Part shown: positions 46,552-56,100 of the stretch, piece after piece
Layout: every line of letters begins with the position of its first letter
Numbering within the stretch: the stretch's first letter is position 1
Assembly: GCA_946547305.1 (NCBI GenBank)
Contig: CAMNOX010000005.1
Span: 8,654 to 72,653 of the forward strand
Source of the DNA: an uncultured Cytophagales bacterium
GTDB taxonomy: Bacteria; Bacteroidota; Bacteroidia; Cytophagales; Amoebophilaceae
DNA: 64,000 bases
Direction of reading: 5' to 3'
Notes under the pieces: model-generated
What the model was told of the DNA's origin: nothing
Databases searched by the model: none
Seen by the model: the letters and a program-made list of their open reading frames with translations, nothing else
Position numbers and translations under genes: made by a program

Positions 46552-47151
46552 ATGTTTTTAATTAGTGCATTCAATAAATTAATTGAGTTTATATTGACAT
46601 GTTTTATAAGGGGTGTTCTATTATTTGCTCCATTTCTACTAACTTTTTACATAATATCTTGGGTCTTTAATATTTCAAAAGAGGTAATTGGATTAGGATT
46701 AAGTAATTATGTAATTATAATTGTTATATTCTTGATAATATTTTGCGGTTATTTTACAAAGAATATAATAATAAGATTCTTTTACAATCTAGTAGAAATT
46801 ATAGTGTTGCGTATTCCGGGTGTTAATTTTGTCTATACATCATTCAAGGACCTAACATCTGCTTTCGTAGAAAAAAAAATAAAATTCGATAAACCAGTAT
46901 TAATATCAGTTAATGTTAGTGTAGGAGAAAAAGATATAAAAAGAATTGGGTTTATAACAAATGAAAACGTAGGTGAAATATGTGATAATGGGGAAGTAGC
47001 AGTGTTTGTTCCGACAAGCTTTAGTCTATTAGCATCTGGGGAAACATATCTAGTACCAAGGAAAAATCTAAAAGTACTAGATGGTAAAAAATCAAAATCA
47101 CTTCTCAAATTCATCGTTTCTGGCGGTTTTATCGATATCGATGTCGATTAA
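46552..47151 (+). CDS. DUF502-like small membrane protein
   Basis: The track ORF starts at a GTG inside tRNA-Phe. The in-frame ATG at 46552 (MFLISAFNKL...) is the plausible start. Two TM helices are followed by a soluble domain, as in DUF502. Confidence 0.6.
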   Translation: MFLISAFNKLIEFILTCFIRGVLLFAPFLLTFYIISWVFNISKEVIGLGLSNYVIIIVIFLIIFCGYFTKNIIIRFFYNLVEIIVLRIPGVNFVYTSFKDLTSAFVEKKIKFDKPVLISVNVSVGEKDIKRIGFITNENVGEICDNGEVAVFVPTSFSLLASGETYLVPRKNLKVLDGKKSKSLLKFIVSGGFIDIDVD

Positions 47152-47208
47152 AAAAAACAAATATAATTTTTTTCAATTAAAAAATTATATATTCAAATTA
47201 AGTGACTT

Positions 47209-48000
47209 ATGAAAAATGTGTTAAAGGCTAAAATAATTTCTATATTGCTAATGTTAATTTTAGTTAATTTTATTTATTCTGGTTGCAATAATTGTAAAAA
47301 AGAAAGGGAATAATGGTGATAAAAGTAGCAGTAAAACTAATTCAACAGGTAAACCAGATAAAAAACCAATGTTTGGGCTATAAAAACAGCTATAGAAAAT
47401 TATATAAATACCAAAACAGGTAATCGAACAAGCTTGGAAACAACTTGGAAAGTGGGAAATTACACTGATGGTTCATATATTATTACGTTTGAATTATTCA
47501 AAGTGACTATAGCAAAAGGTGAAATCGAAAAGATTACAAGTCCTGTGAATACAACGCAAATTGATAATATTGAAGGGGTTATGCAGATGACTCGTAAGGA
47601 CAAGGTAACTAATTTTATATTTAATAATGGTGGAAAATGTAAATTAGGAGATCTAATGAAATCTCTTAATGCATTAAATGCAAATCTTAGAAATAATAAT
47701 ACTGATGAATATTTGAGGATGGAAGATCTCAATAAAAAATTTATATATAGTTGTTATTTAAATTTAAATAATGGGTTGATGTACAAAATATCTAGCAATT
47801 GTATGATTGGTAGGGCATCAAAGACCATGAGTAGAGACCTCTTTTCTGGTGTTAAGTATCCTTATTACTTTAAAGGTGAATATTATGCTGAAGATGTTAA
47901 ATGGGATATAAAAGATGGAAACCCCAGGGTGAAATACAATGAGGCCCTATTTGAATCGGACGATATAAAAAACTTTAATTTTGAGCTAAAAACTGAGTAG
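47209..48000 (+). pseudogene. leader-family lipoprotein paralog with at least two frameshifts
   Basis: The first frame reads MKNVLKAKIISILLMLILVNFIYSGCNNCKKERE and stops at 47311. GNNGDKSSSKTNSTGKPDKKP continues in a second frame. A third frame (...TTWKVGNYTDGSYIITF..., including ORF 47434-48000) is homologous to the C-terminal domain of 49927-50847. Confidence 0.65.
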
Positions 48001-48432
48001 GTTTATTAGAGTACTATTCAATTAACTAAGATTATTTTTAAATTAGACTATTCTTAGTCTATTTATTTACTTAAATTCAAAATACTAGTGACTTAAAAAT
48101 TATTAATGGTGCCTGTTATATCAATTTGAATAATCGATTATTATATTTTAAGAACGAGAAAGTCTATTTCGGCAGACTGTATAATAAAAAAGGTGATTGG
48201 AAACATTATAATCAAGTCATGGGTTCTTTCTATCTTAACGACATATGTTATAAATTGGATAAGACAAATCATAAATATGACGGAATTAACGATGAATTAA
48301 ATCATAACAATGATTTAATAACACATCCCTAAAACCAGGTCAAATAGATAAATTTAAATTTACTTTTAAAATATCTAAATAAAATATTTTAACTATTTTT
48401 AATAGTTTAGTAATTATTTTACTAACTAAAAT

Positions 48433-49734
48433 ATGTTATTAGTTATGAAGAATATATTTAAATCTGCAGTAATTGTAATATTAATAGTTTTTACCACTAT
48501 TGATTTTATTTACTCTGGGTGTTGTTGTAAAAAGAAAGGTAATAATGGTGGTGATGGTGGTAATAAAAGTAGTAAGATAAAGAGTAAAAACGATGATAAT
48601 CCAAAAGATGAAGAAAAACCAATTTCACTTAAACCAGTTAGAAAAATAATAAAAGACAAGGGAGGGAAAAATATTACAGTTAATTTCGTAAATAACCTCA
48701 TGGATGACTATTTAAATTCGATAGATCTTAAATATTTTGAAAGTAGTGAAGTTGTCGAAAAAATTAATGAGTACAAAACGGCTTTAGCTAAAGAAGCGGA
48801 TATAAATAGTAACATTGAAAAACTAAAGAAAAGGGTTGACCTTAAGAAATTTACAGATTTTTTTGAGAAGTTGGTCACAGAAGTAAACAAATATGTGGAA
48901 TATAAGAAAGTATATGCTGACAGCAATTGGGCACTATTCAAGCAATTATTTTTTATATCGAATAATGGTTTACCAAATATTAATATAAATATTAATGATA
49001 ATAATTTCATATTGGGAAATGATATAGTTAGTAAGTTTAATATGTACGTCAAATTTGATGGTAGTTCAAGTAGTTATGGCAGTAGATATTGCAATGGTTG
49101 TGAATCATCTAAAAAGTATAATAAAAAAGAGTTTTTTAGTTCTCACCCTGAGGATATGGATGTGATCAACAATATATTGTCAAATGACAGCAGTTTATCT
49201 ACTGCTTTGAGTTCCTATAATAATATTGAAGACAATGCTGCGAAAGCTAAAAACGAAGGCTTGATAGGTTATTATTATAAGACCACAGGAGACAATAAAG
49301 CGGCAAGAGTATCATTTAATAAAATCATTCAAATTTATGATTCAAGAATGGCTGCAGCTAAATTACTATATCATCCTATAGAAATGGTGTATATAGATTT
49401 AACATATATTTATAGAACACAATTCTTAAGTGCCATTAATAATTTCTTTAAAGACAGTAGTAACGAATATGATGATTATAGTAAAATCCCAGAGAATATA
49501 AGAAATGAAATAGAAGCTCATAAAGTTGTTGATAAAGCAAAAGAATTGGTAGAATTTTACAATGAGAAGTGCAAGATATTAGCTGAATTGGATGAAATTT
49601 GTAATAATGAGAGAAAAAAGGGAGGCCGGATAGACACACTTGAAGCAGATTTGATAGATGCTATTTCTGAAAAAAATATTGCGAAAATTCATATTGTGAA
49701 TGCAATTAATAATTTTAACATAAGTAATAAGTAG
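48433..49734 (+). CDS. leader-family lipoprotein-like protein with a distinct coiled-coil-rich body
   Basis: 433 aa. ...TTIDFIYSGCCCKKKGNNGGDGGNKSS. The leader/Cys/Gly cassette is nearly identical at nt level to that of 49927-50847. Confidence 0.65.
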   Translation: MLLVMKNIFKSAVIVILIVFTTIDFIYSGCCCKKKGNNGGDGGNKSSKIKSKNDDNPKDEEKPISLKPVRKIIKDKGGKNITVNFVNNLMDDYLNSIDLKYFESSEVVEKINEYKTALAKEADINSNIEKLKKRVDLKKFTDFFEKLVTEVNKYVEYKKVYADSNWALFKQLFFISNNGLPNINININDNNFILGNDIVSKFNMYVKFDGSSSSYGSRYCNGCESSKKYNKKEFFSSHPEDMDVINNILSNDSSLSTALSSYNNIEDNAAKAKNEGLIGYYYKTTGDNKAARVSFNKIIQIYDSRMAAAKLLYHPIEMVYIDLTYIYRTQFLSAINNFFKDSSNEYDDYSKIPENIRNEIEAHKVVDKAKELVEFYNEKCKILAELDEICNNERKKGGRIDTLEADLIDAISEKNIAKIHIVNAINNFNISNK

Positions 49735-49926
49735 TTTTGCAAAAATCGTATATTTTAATGTTTTATTAATTTATTTGTTCAAGTTTTTTTAAATCATTCC
49801 CAGCTAGTATCAGTAATCGTTTTTTTGATATTGTAAACGACGTATAATATAAAATGCAGTATTTTACTCATAAAACTCTATATAATCGTTACTGTTTTTA
49901 AATAAACTTTTTTATACTTAAGATAT

Positions 49927-50847
49927 ATGCGATTTATGAAGAGTGTGTTAAAAGCTAAGACGGCATCTATACTATTGATATTGGTTTCTATTGATTTTAT
50001 TTACTCTGGTTGTTGTTGTAAAAAGAAAGGTAATAATGGTGGTGATGGTCATAGAAGTAGCAGAGGAACTAATTTAACAGGTAGTCAGGGGGATAAAGGA
50101 GATCCAATAAAAACAAAGGTAAAAAGTGAAACTCCAGGAGGTTCACATACAACAAAAACAGTTCCTATTAAACCAGATCCAAGTAAGGTTGTTACTCATA
50201 AAGCGACTGAGGCGGACATTAAGGAGATAACAGATGCTTTAGCAGAATATATGAATAAAAGGGATGGTGTTAATCGAAAAGACATAATAAAAGTATGGAC
50301 GTCTGGAACGGACAGGAATGGTGATTATTATGTTAAATATGAATGTTTTTCTGGGACTATTATAGATAATGACGAATTGATAATTAGTAAGATTAAAAGT
50401 GGTAAAATTTGTGAGCTCCAGGTTAAGTTATTTTTAACGCTTAGTGGGTGTGGATGTGGTTATTATACGTTTAATAAAGATATATGTACCTTGTCAGATC
50501 TAGTGAAATCGCTTAATAAATTAGATAAAGGATTTAGGTATAATAAAGATGAACATTTGTGTGTGATAGACAGTAGTAAAACATTTACAAGTGCACGTTA
50601 TATTAATTTAACTAATGGTATTATGTATGACATTTATCAAAAAGTGTATATTTCTAGGGGTGGTAAGAATGGTAATTTTTTTAGAATGTGTTCTAACCCT
50701 TTATATAATAAAGAAGATGGAAAATTTTATATAAAATTAGGAGACAAGTTTGAATTAGGCGAAGAAATAGAATGTGCAGGTGATTTTAATAAAAAGATAT
50801 ACAATGAAAATGATATAGATAATTTCAAATTACTTCTTAATGTTTAA
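49927..50847 (+). CDS. leader-family lipoprotein-like protein (intact reference copy of the 47.2/50.9 kb pseudogenes)
   Basis: 306 aa. The likely true start is ATG 49936 (MKSVLKAK...). Contains IDFIYSGCCCKKKGNNGGDG. The C-terminal domain has CTLSDLVKSLNKLDKGFR, YINLTNGIMYDI and DIDNFKLLL. Confidence 0.7.
   Translation: MRFMKSVLKAKTASILLILVSIDFIYSGCCCKKKGNNGGDGHRSSRGTNLTGSQGDKGDPIKTKVKSETPGGSHTTKTVPIKPDPSKVVTHKATEADIKEITDALAEYMNKRDGVNRKDIIKVWTSGTDRNGDYYVKYECFSGTIIDNDELIISKIKSGKICELQVKLFLTLSGCGCGYYTFNKDICTLSDLVKSLNKLDKGFRYNKDEHLCVIDSSKTFTSARYINLTNGIMYDIYQKVYISRGGKNGNFFRMCSNPLYNKEDGKFYIKLGDKFELGEEIECAGDFNKKIYNENDIDNFKLLLNV
49936..50013 (+). repeat. 78-nt leader cassette, identical to 52060-52137
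   Basis: atgaagagtgtgttaaaagctaagacggcatctatactattgatattggtttctattgattttatttactctggttgt is read identically at both places. Confidence 0.9.
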
Positions 50848-50929
50848 TCGTTTTGGTGAAAAGTGTTTTTTGTAAATTTATTAATTGTTTTCTTAATTAA
50901 TTTTTTTTATATTTGATTAAAGCTGATTT

Positions 50930-51975
50930 ATGAAAAATGTATTAAAAACTAAAATGGTATCTATACTATTGATATATGTTTCTATTGATTTTATTTACTC
51001 TGGGTGTGGTTCTTGTAGGCCTAGAGGTTATAATGGTGATAATAAAGGAGGTGGAGGTAAAAGTAGCAGTAAAACTAATCTAACAGGCAGTCAATGAGAT
51101 AAGGAAGGTAACCCAGAAAAAATACCGGTAGGTCCACAGGAGATAAAGGAGATAAAGTTGGATAGTGAAGTAGTTAAAGAATTAGTGGAAAAGAAGGTTA
51201 CTATTTCTTCGAGTGATAAAGTTAATAACGATAAATCAAGTTCGCATGTAGATGATAATGATGACGTGACACATATTGAAGGAAGTGGAGGTGCTAGTGA
51301 TAAAGATAGTGCTGGTGAACCAAAGGAGAAAGCTAAGTTAAGTATAGGAAACATACGAAATGTCTTGTCTGGGTATATGAATAATAGATCTGGTTCTAAG
51401 AGAGATGGTATAACAGAGCAATGGAAAATATGTAATTGAGATGATAATGTAACACGTATGACTTTTGGAAGAATTACTGTATCTATTTCGGATGAGCAAA
51501 TTATTACAATTACAGATATTAGTGATATGTCTCAATTTGATAATTTGGTTGTTACGATATCTGTGGAACGTGCGAAAGATGTTAAATTTTGTTTTTATGA
51601 TGATGGAAGATGTGAATTAAGAGATTTAATAAAATCACTTACTGTGTTAGATTCACGTTATAGAGGATTTGATAAAACAGAATATTTATGTTTAGATAAA
51701 TTAAAAGATTTTGAACATGATTATGATGCTTTTTATCTTAATTTGAGTAATGGAGTTTTGTACGTGACTGAAAAAGAAAATTCTGTTTTTCTTTTATAGG
51801 TAGGCCTACTAATGGCACATATAAGTATGCTTTACCTTTGTATGATTGTAATAAATTTTTTTATTTTGATGGGAAACAGTCAATATCTTATCATTCAGGT
51901 TTGGATCTAATGGGTGTAACAGCACTTGGTGAAAATTATATAAAAAAGTTAACGTTCACTCTTAAAACTGCGTAG
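50930..51975 (+). pseudogene. leader-family paralog with two in-frame TGA codons and one frameshift
   Basis: MKNVLKTKMVSILLIYVSIDFIYSGCGSCRPRG... There are in-frame TGA codons at 51095-51097 and 51437-51439, a TAG at 51797-51799, and a -1 shift near 51795 into IGRPTNGTYKYALPLYDCNKFFYFDGKQ...LTFTLKTA (stop at 51973-51975). Confidence 0.65.
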
Positions 51976-52050
51976 TTATGTGTTGATATTGATGAGTAGA
52001 AATTTTTTAGTTTATTTTTTTTATGGTTAATTAAATTTATTATTATATTA

Positions 52051-52881
52051 GTGAGTGTTATGAAGAGTGTGTTAAAAGCTAAGACGGCATCTATACTATT
52101 GATATTGGTTTCTATTGATTTTATTTACTCTGGTTGTGCTGGTTGTAGGGTACGTGGGAAGAGTAGTGACAAGGTAGGAGATAGTTCTAAAGAAAAAAAC
52201 AACAAGAAGAGCCATGATGAATTGAGTAAATTAACTATTAGGAGGCCAATTGTAACCCCAAGAAAGAATGAAGAAGTTAAGAAAATAGTTATTAATAGTG
52301 ATCTCAGAGGTAGAGAAAATATCCCATATAAAAGTAGAATTTCTGTGAAAATGAGTGATAAGTCTGGCTTACCTAACCAATTTGGACTGAGTAGAATTAA
52401 CCAAAAGCACGAGGATGTGTCTAACTGTTTTAGTAATAAAATTAGTCTATATAATAATAATGTAGATAGTGATAATGTAGATAGTGATAATGTAGATAGT
52501 GATAATGAAATTGAATTGGTCAATGATAATATTGAGGGAATGAGAGGTAATATTCTAGAAAATAAAAATATTTCTAAAAATAATAATTCTATTTCCGTTG
52601 AAAGTAATGTTATTGAGAAATCTATGGATGATGTTATCTTAGATAATGCCACAAGATTATCTGAGTTTACTGCTGATGATCTTAAAGCTAAGACTAGTGT
52701 GGCATGCAAAGGACACAATAATAATAGTATTACTAATTCTACTAAATACAAAGAAGGGAATTCTGATAAAAAGGAGGGGGAAAATGGGGAGAGTAACGAT
52801 AGTATCATTGGAAAAATTATGTCTTTATTTTCCAAAGGTGTTCCTATAGAAGATTATAATTTTAATTATGGTTTTTTGTAA
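52051..52881 (+). CDS. leader-family lipoprotein-like protein with a different, low-complexity body
   Basis: 276 aa. The likely start is ATG 52060. IDFIYSGCAGCRVRGKSS, followed by an Asn/Ser/Asp-rich sequence. Confidence 0.6.
   Translation: MSVMKSVLKAKTASILLILVSIDFIYSGCAGCRVRGKSSDKVGDSSKEKNNKKSHDELSKLTIRRPIVTPRKNEEVKKIVINSDLRGRENIPYKSRISVKMSDKSGLPNQFGLSRINQKHEDVSNCFSNKISLYNNNVDSDNVDSDNVDSDNEIELVNDNIEGMRGNILENKNISKNNNSISVESNVIEKSMDDVILDNATRLSEFTADDLKAKTSVACKGHNNNSITNSTKYKEGNSDKKEGENGESNDSIIGKIMSLFSKGVPIEDYNFNYGFL
52060..52137 (+). repeat. 78-nt leader cassette, identical to 49936-50013
   Basis: See 49936-50013. Confidence 0.9.
52462..52506 (+). repeat. 15-nt tandem repeat (gtagatagtgataat) x3, coding for VDSDN x3
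   Basis: Read directly from the sequence, with copy starts at 52462, 52477 and 52492. Confidence 0.9.
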
Positions 52882-53183
52882 TTACCATTTCTCTTTAATT
52901 GATTTCCAATAATTAATCATAAGTCATAAATTCTCTAAGATAGTTTTTAAGTTTTTTTCTTGATTGACGTAGTTTTATTTGAAAAAAGTTAGTACTCTAT
53001 TGTTAAATTCATTTTGTATTTTTTTTGGGGGGCATGGTTATTTTTTATAGTTTTTTATATTTTAGTAGTCATTTAGTTATTAAACAGTTTTTTGTCATCT
53101 CATTTGATGTTTTACACTAGTTGTAAATATATTACTTGGTTAGGATTTGTTTTGCATGATTTTAAATTTAAATAGTTAATATC

Positions 53184-56100
53184 ATGGGTGAGAAGAAAAA
53201 GTTTTACGTACTTAATATGTTTCCGTATCCTTCAGGTGAGGGATTGCATGTTGGACATTTGCTGGGATATGTGGCTAGTGATATATTTGCTAGATATAAA
53301 AAGATGAAGGGTTATAGTGTTATTAATCCTATTGGTTTTGATTCTTTTGGGCTTCCTGCAGAGCAATTTGCTATATTGACTGGTCAACATCCATCAGTTA
53401 CAACTGATAAAAATACTGCACATTATATTGAGCAGATGAAGAATGTTGATCTTGATTTTGATTGGGAACGTACAATTAGAACATCTGATCCGAGTTATTA
53501 CAAATGGACTCAATGGATATTTATTCAAATGTTTAATAGTTTTTATTGTAAGAAGGATAATAAGGCTCATAATATAAAAGATCTTTACACGTATTTTTCG
53601 CAGAATGGTACGGCTAATATAAGAGATTATGCATTTTTTAAGGATTCTATATATGCGTTTACAGCTGAGCAGTGGAATGATTTTAGTGACGATAAGAAAT
53701 ATAAAATAAGTTTAGATTATAGAATTGCGTATTTAGATGACATTGAGGTTAACTGGTGTGAAGAACTAAAAACCGTTTTGGCTAATGATGAAGTTAAGAA
53801 TGGTGTTTCTGAACGAGGAGGATATCCTGTAACTAAAAGGAAAATGCGGCAGTGGGTTCTACGTATAACTGCTTTTGCTGATAGATTATTACAGGATTTA
53901 GATTATTATTATGAGAGATTAGATAATGTAAGAAATAGGAGTATTGAGTTTACTGAGGAAGATATTTTAGGTAATGATTTGTCTTTTGAAAAGTTATTTG
54001 ATTTTGGGATAAAGGAAGGATTACCTGTATTCAAGTCGAATATAATATTGGTTGTTATTAAACATTGGAGTGAGAATAAATATTTGATATTAAGGTACAC
54101 TATAGATAATTCTACAGGTTTTTTGACAGGGAAAATTGAGGAAGGTGAAACTTCTTTGGATGCTTTAAAGAGGGAGATTAGAGAGGAAACTGGTTTTATA
54201 AATATAAGACGTATTGAATTTGTGTGTAAAACAAGGTGTACCTTATATGTTCATAGGAAAAATGTAAATGCTTCGTCAAATACTATAAACTATTATGTTG
54301 AATTAGAAAATGATCAGCAAGTACCGATTAGCGATGAAGAAAAAAGTAAACAGACATATTTCTTTGTAGATGAGGCTGATGTTGCTCAATATCTAGAAGA
54401 TGAAGATTTTGTTTATATTTTCGACAAGGTTAGAAGCAATATAAGAAGATGTGAATTAAATTGGCCTGAATCGACTAAGGAGATGCAGAGGAATTGGATA
54501 GGAAAGTCAGAAGGTGCTCAAATTAGATTTAAAGTTGATGGAGTTGATTATAGTATTACAATATTTACTTCAAGGCCTGAAACAATATTTGGAGTAACAT
54601 TTATAGCAATTTCCAAGGATAATGATTTTGTGAAAATGTATTGTAATGATTTGGATATATGTAGTGTTAAAGAAGACGTGGATGTAAAGATAGGAGTGAA
54701 TACTGGTTATTTTGCTATAAATCCTATTAATAATAAAAGGATACCTATTTGGATTGCTAATTATGTATTGTCTGATTATGGTACTGGAGCTATAATGGGA
54801 GTTCCACAATTAGATGATAGAGATAAAGATTTCGCTGATAAATATAATATCATAGTTAAGAATATATTTAATGATGGGTGTTTTATAAATTCAGACTTTT
54901 TAAATGGTTTAGATGTTGAGGATGGGCGAAAACGGATTTTAGATAAAATTGAGGAGTTAAAAATTGGGAATAAAAAAACTATTTATAAACTTAGAGACGC
55001 AATATTTAGTCGTCAAAGGTATTGGGGAGAGCCTATTCCTGTTTATTATAAAAGCGTTAATATAGATGGCGAGTTTGTAGATTTACCGTTTACAGTCTCT
55101 GAATGTGATTTACCATTAAAATTACCAGATATAGATAGATTTGAACCTACAGGTCATGCACCTTTGAAGCGGGCAAAGAATTGGGAATATAAAGGTAATA
55201 ATTTAGAGGTTAATACAATGCCTGGATGGGCTGGTAGTAGTTGGTATTTTTTAAGATACCTTGATCCTAAAAACGACAGTGAAATAGTTTCTAAAGATAA
55301 ATTAAAGGAATTTGGAAGTGTGGATTTATATTCTGGGGGGGCTGAACATGCTGTAGGACACCTTTTATATAGTAGGTTTTATACAAAATTTTTAAATGAT
55401 TTAGGATATATTGATTTCGAAGAACCTTTTAAAAAATTAATACATCAGGGAATGATTCTTGGTGAGTCAGCAATAATTTATAGAAATAGTAATAATGAGT
55501 TTGTAAGTAGTGATATTAAAGGAGATAATAATTTGACACCAATTCATATTAATGTAAAGTTTGTTGATATGGATAATAATGTTGATATAAATGAATTGCG
55601 TAATTGGAGAGATGATTTTAGAAATGCTAGGTTTTTTTGTAATAAAGGTAACAAGTTTGTTTGCGATAGGATTGTCGAAAAAATGTCTAAATCGAAATAC
55701 AATGTTATTAATCCTGACGATGTTATAGATAAGTATGATTCAGATGTATTGAGAATGTATTTGATGTTTTTAGGGCCTATCGATCAGCAAAAACCTTGGA
55801 GTACTAAAAATATTGAAGGTATTTCTAGGTTTTTAAGGAAGGTAAATAATTGTGTAAATAAAGTTGTTGATAAAAAATCAGAAGATAATGAACTCAAATT
55901 AATCAATAGATGTATTAAAAATGTCGAGGATGATATTGAAAATTACTTATTTAACACTGCTATTAGTTCGATGATGATATGCTTAAATGGACTGTGTGAT
56001 TTAGAGTATATTAGTCTTGATGTATTTAAAAGTTACTTATTGCTATTAAAATCATTTGCTACACAAACTGTAAAAAATATATGGCCTAAATTGTTTAAAG

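Noticed and set aside
48126-48332. 68-aa ORF (TTG start) between two leader-family genes
   Set aside because: It has no leader, no similarity to the neighbouring paralogs and a non-ATG start. It may be a remnant, but I cannot support it as a gene.
51095-51439. TGA reassignment (to Gly or Trp) as an explanation for the in-frame TGAs
   Set aside because: TGA terminates well-defined genes in this window (10264-11121, 14750-15421, 35195-37354, 61648-63039), and Trp is consistently TGG. The two TGAs align to different residues in the paralogs (Gly at one site, Asp/Tyr at the other). The same gene also has a frameshift, so pseudogenisation is the simpler reading.
52125-52835. 236-aa minus-strand ORF, the longest antisense ORF in the track
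   Set aside because: It lies entirely inside and antisense to CDS 52051-52881. It is a Leu/Ser-rich mirror image of that gene's Asn/Asp/Ser low-complexity and repeat sequence, and it has no start context or motif. It is an AT-rich antisense artefact.
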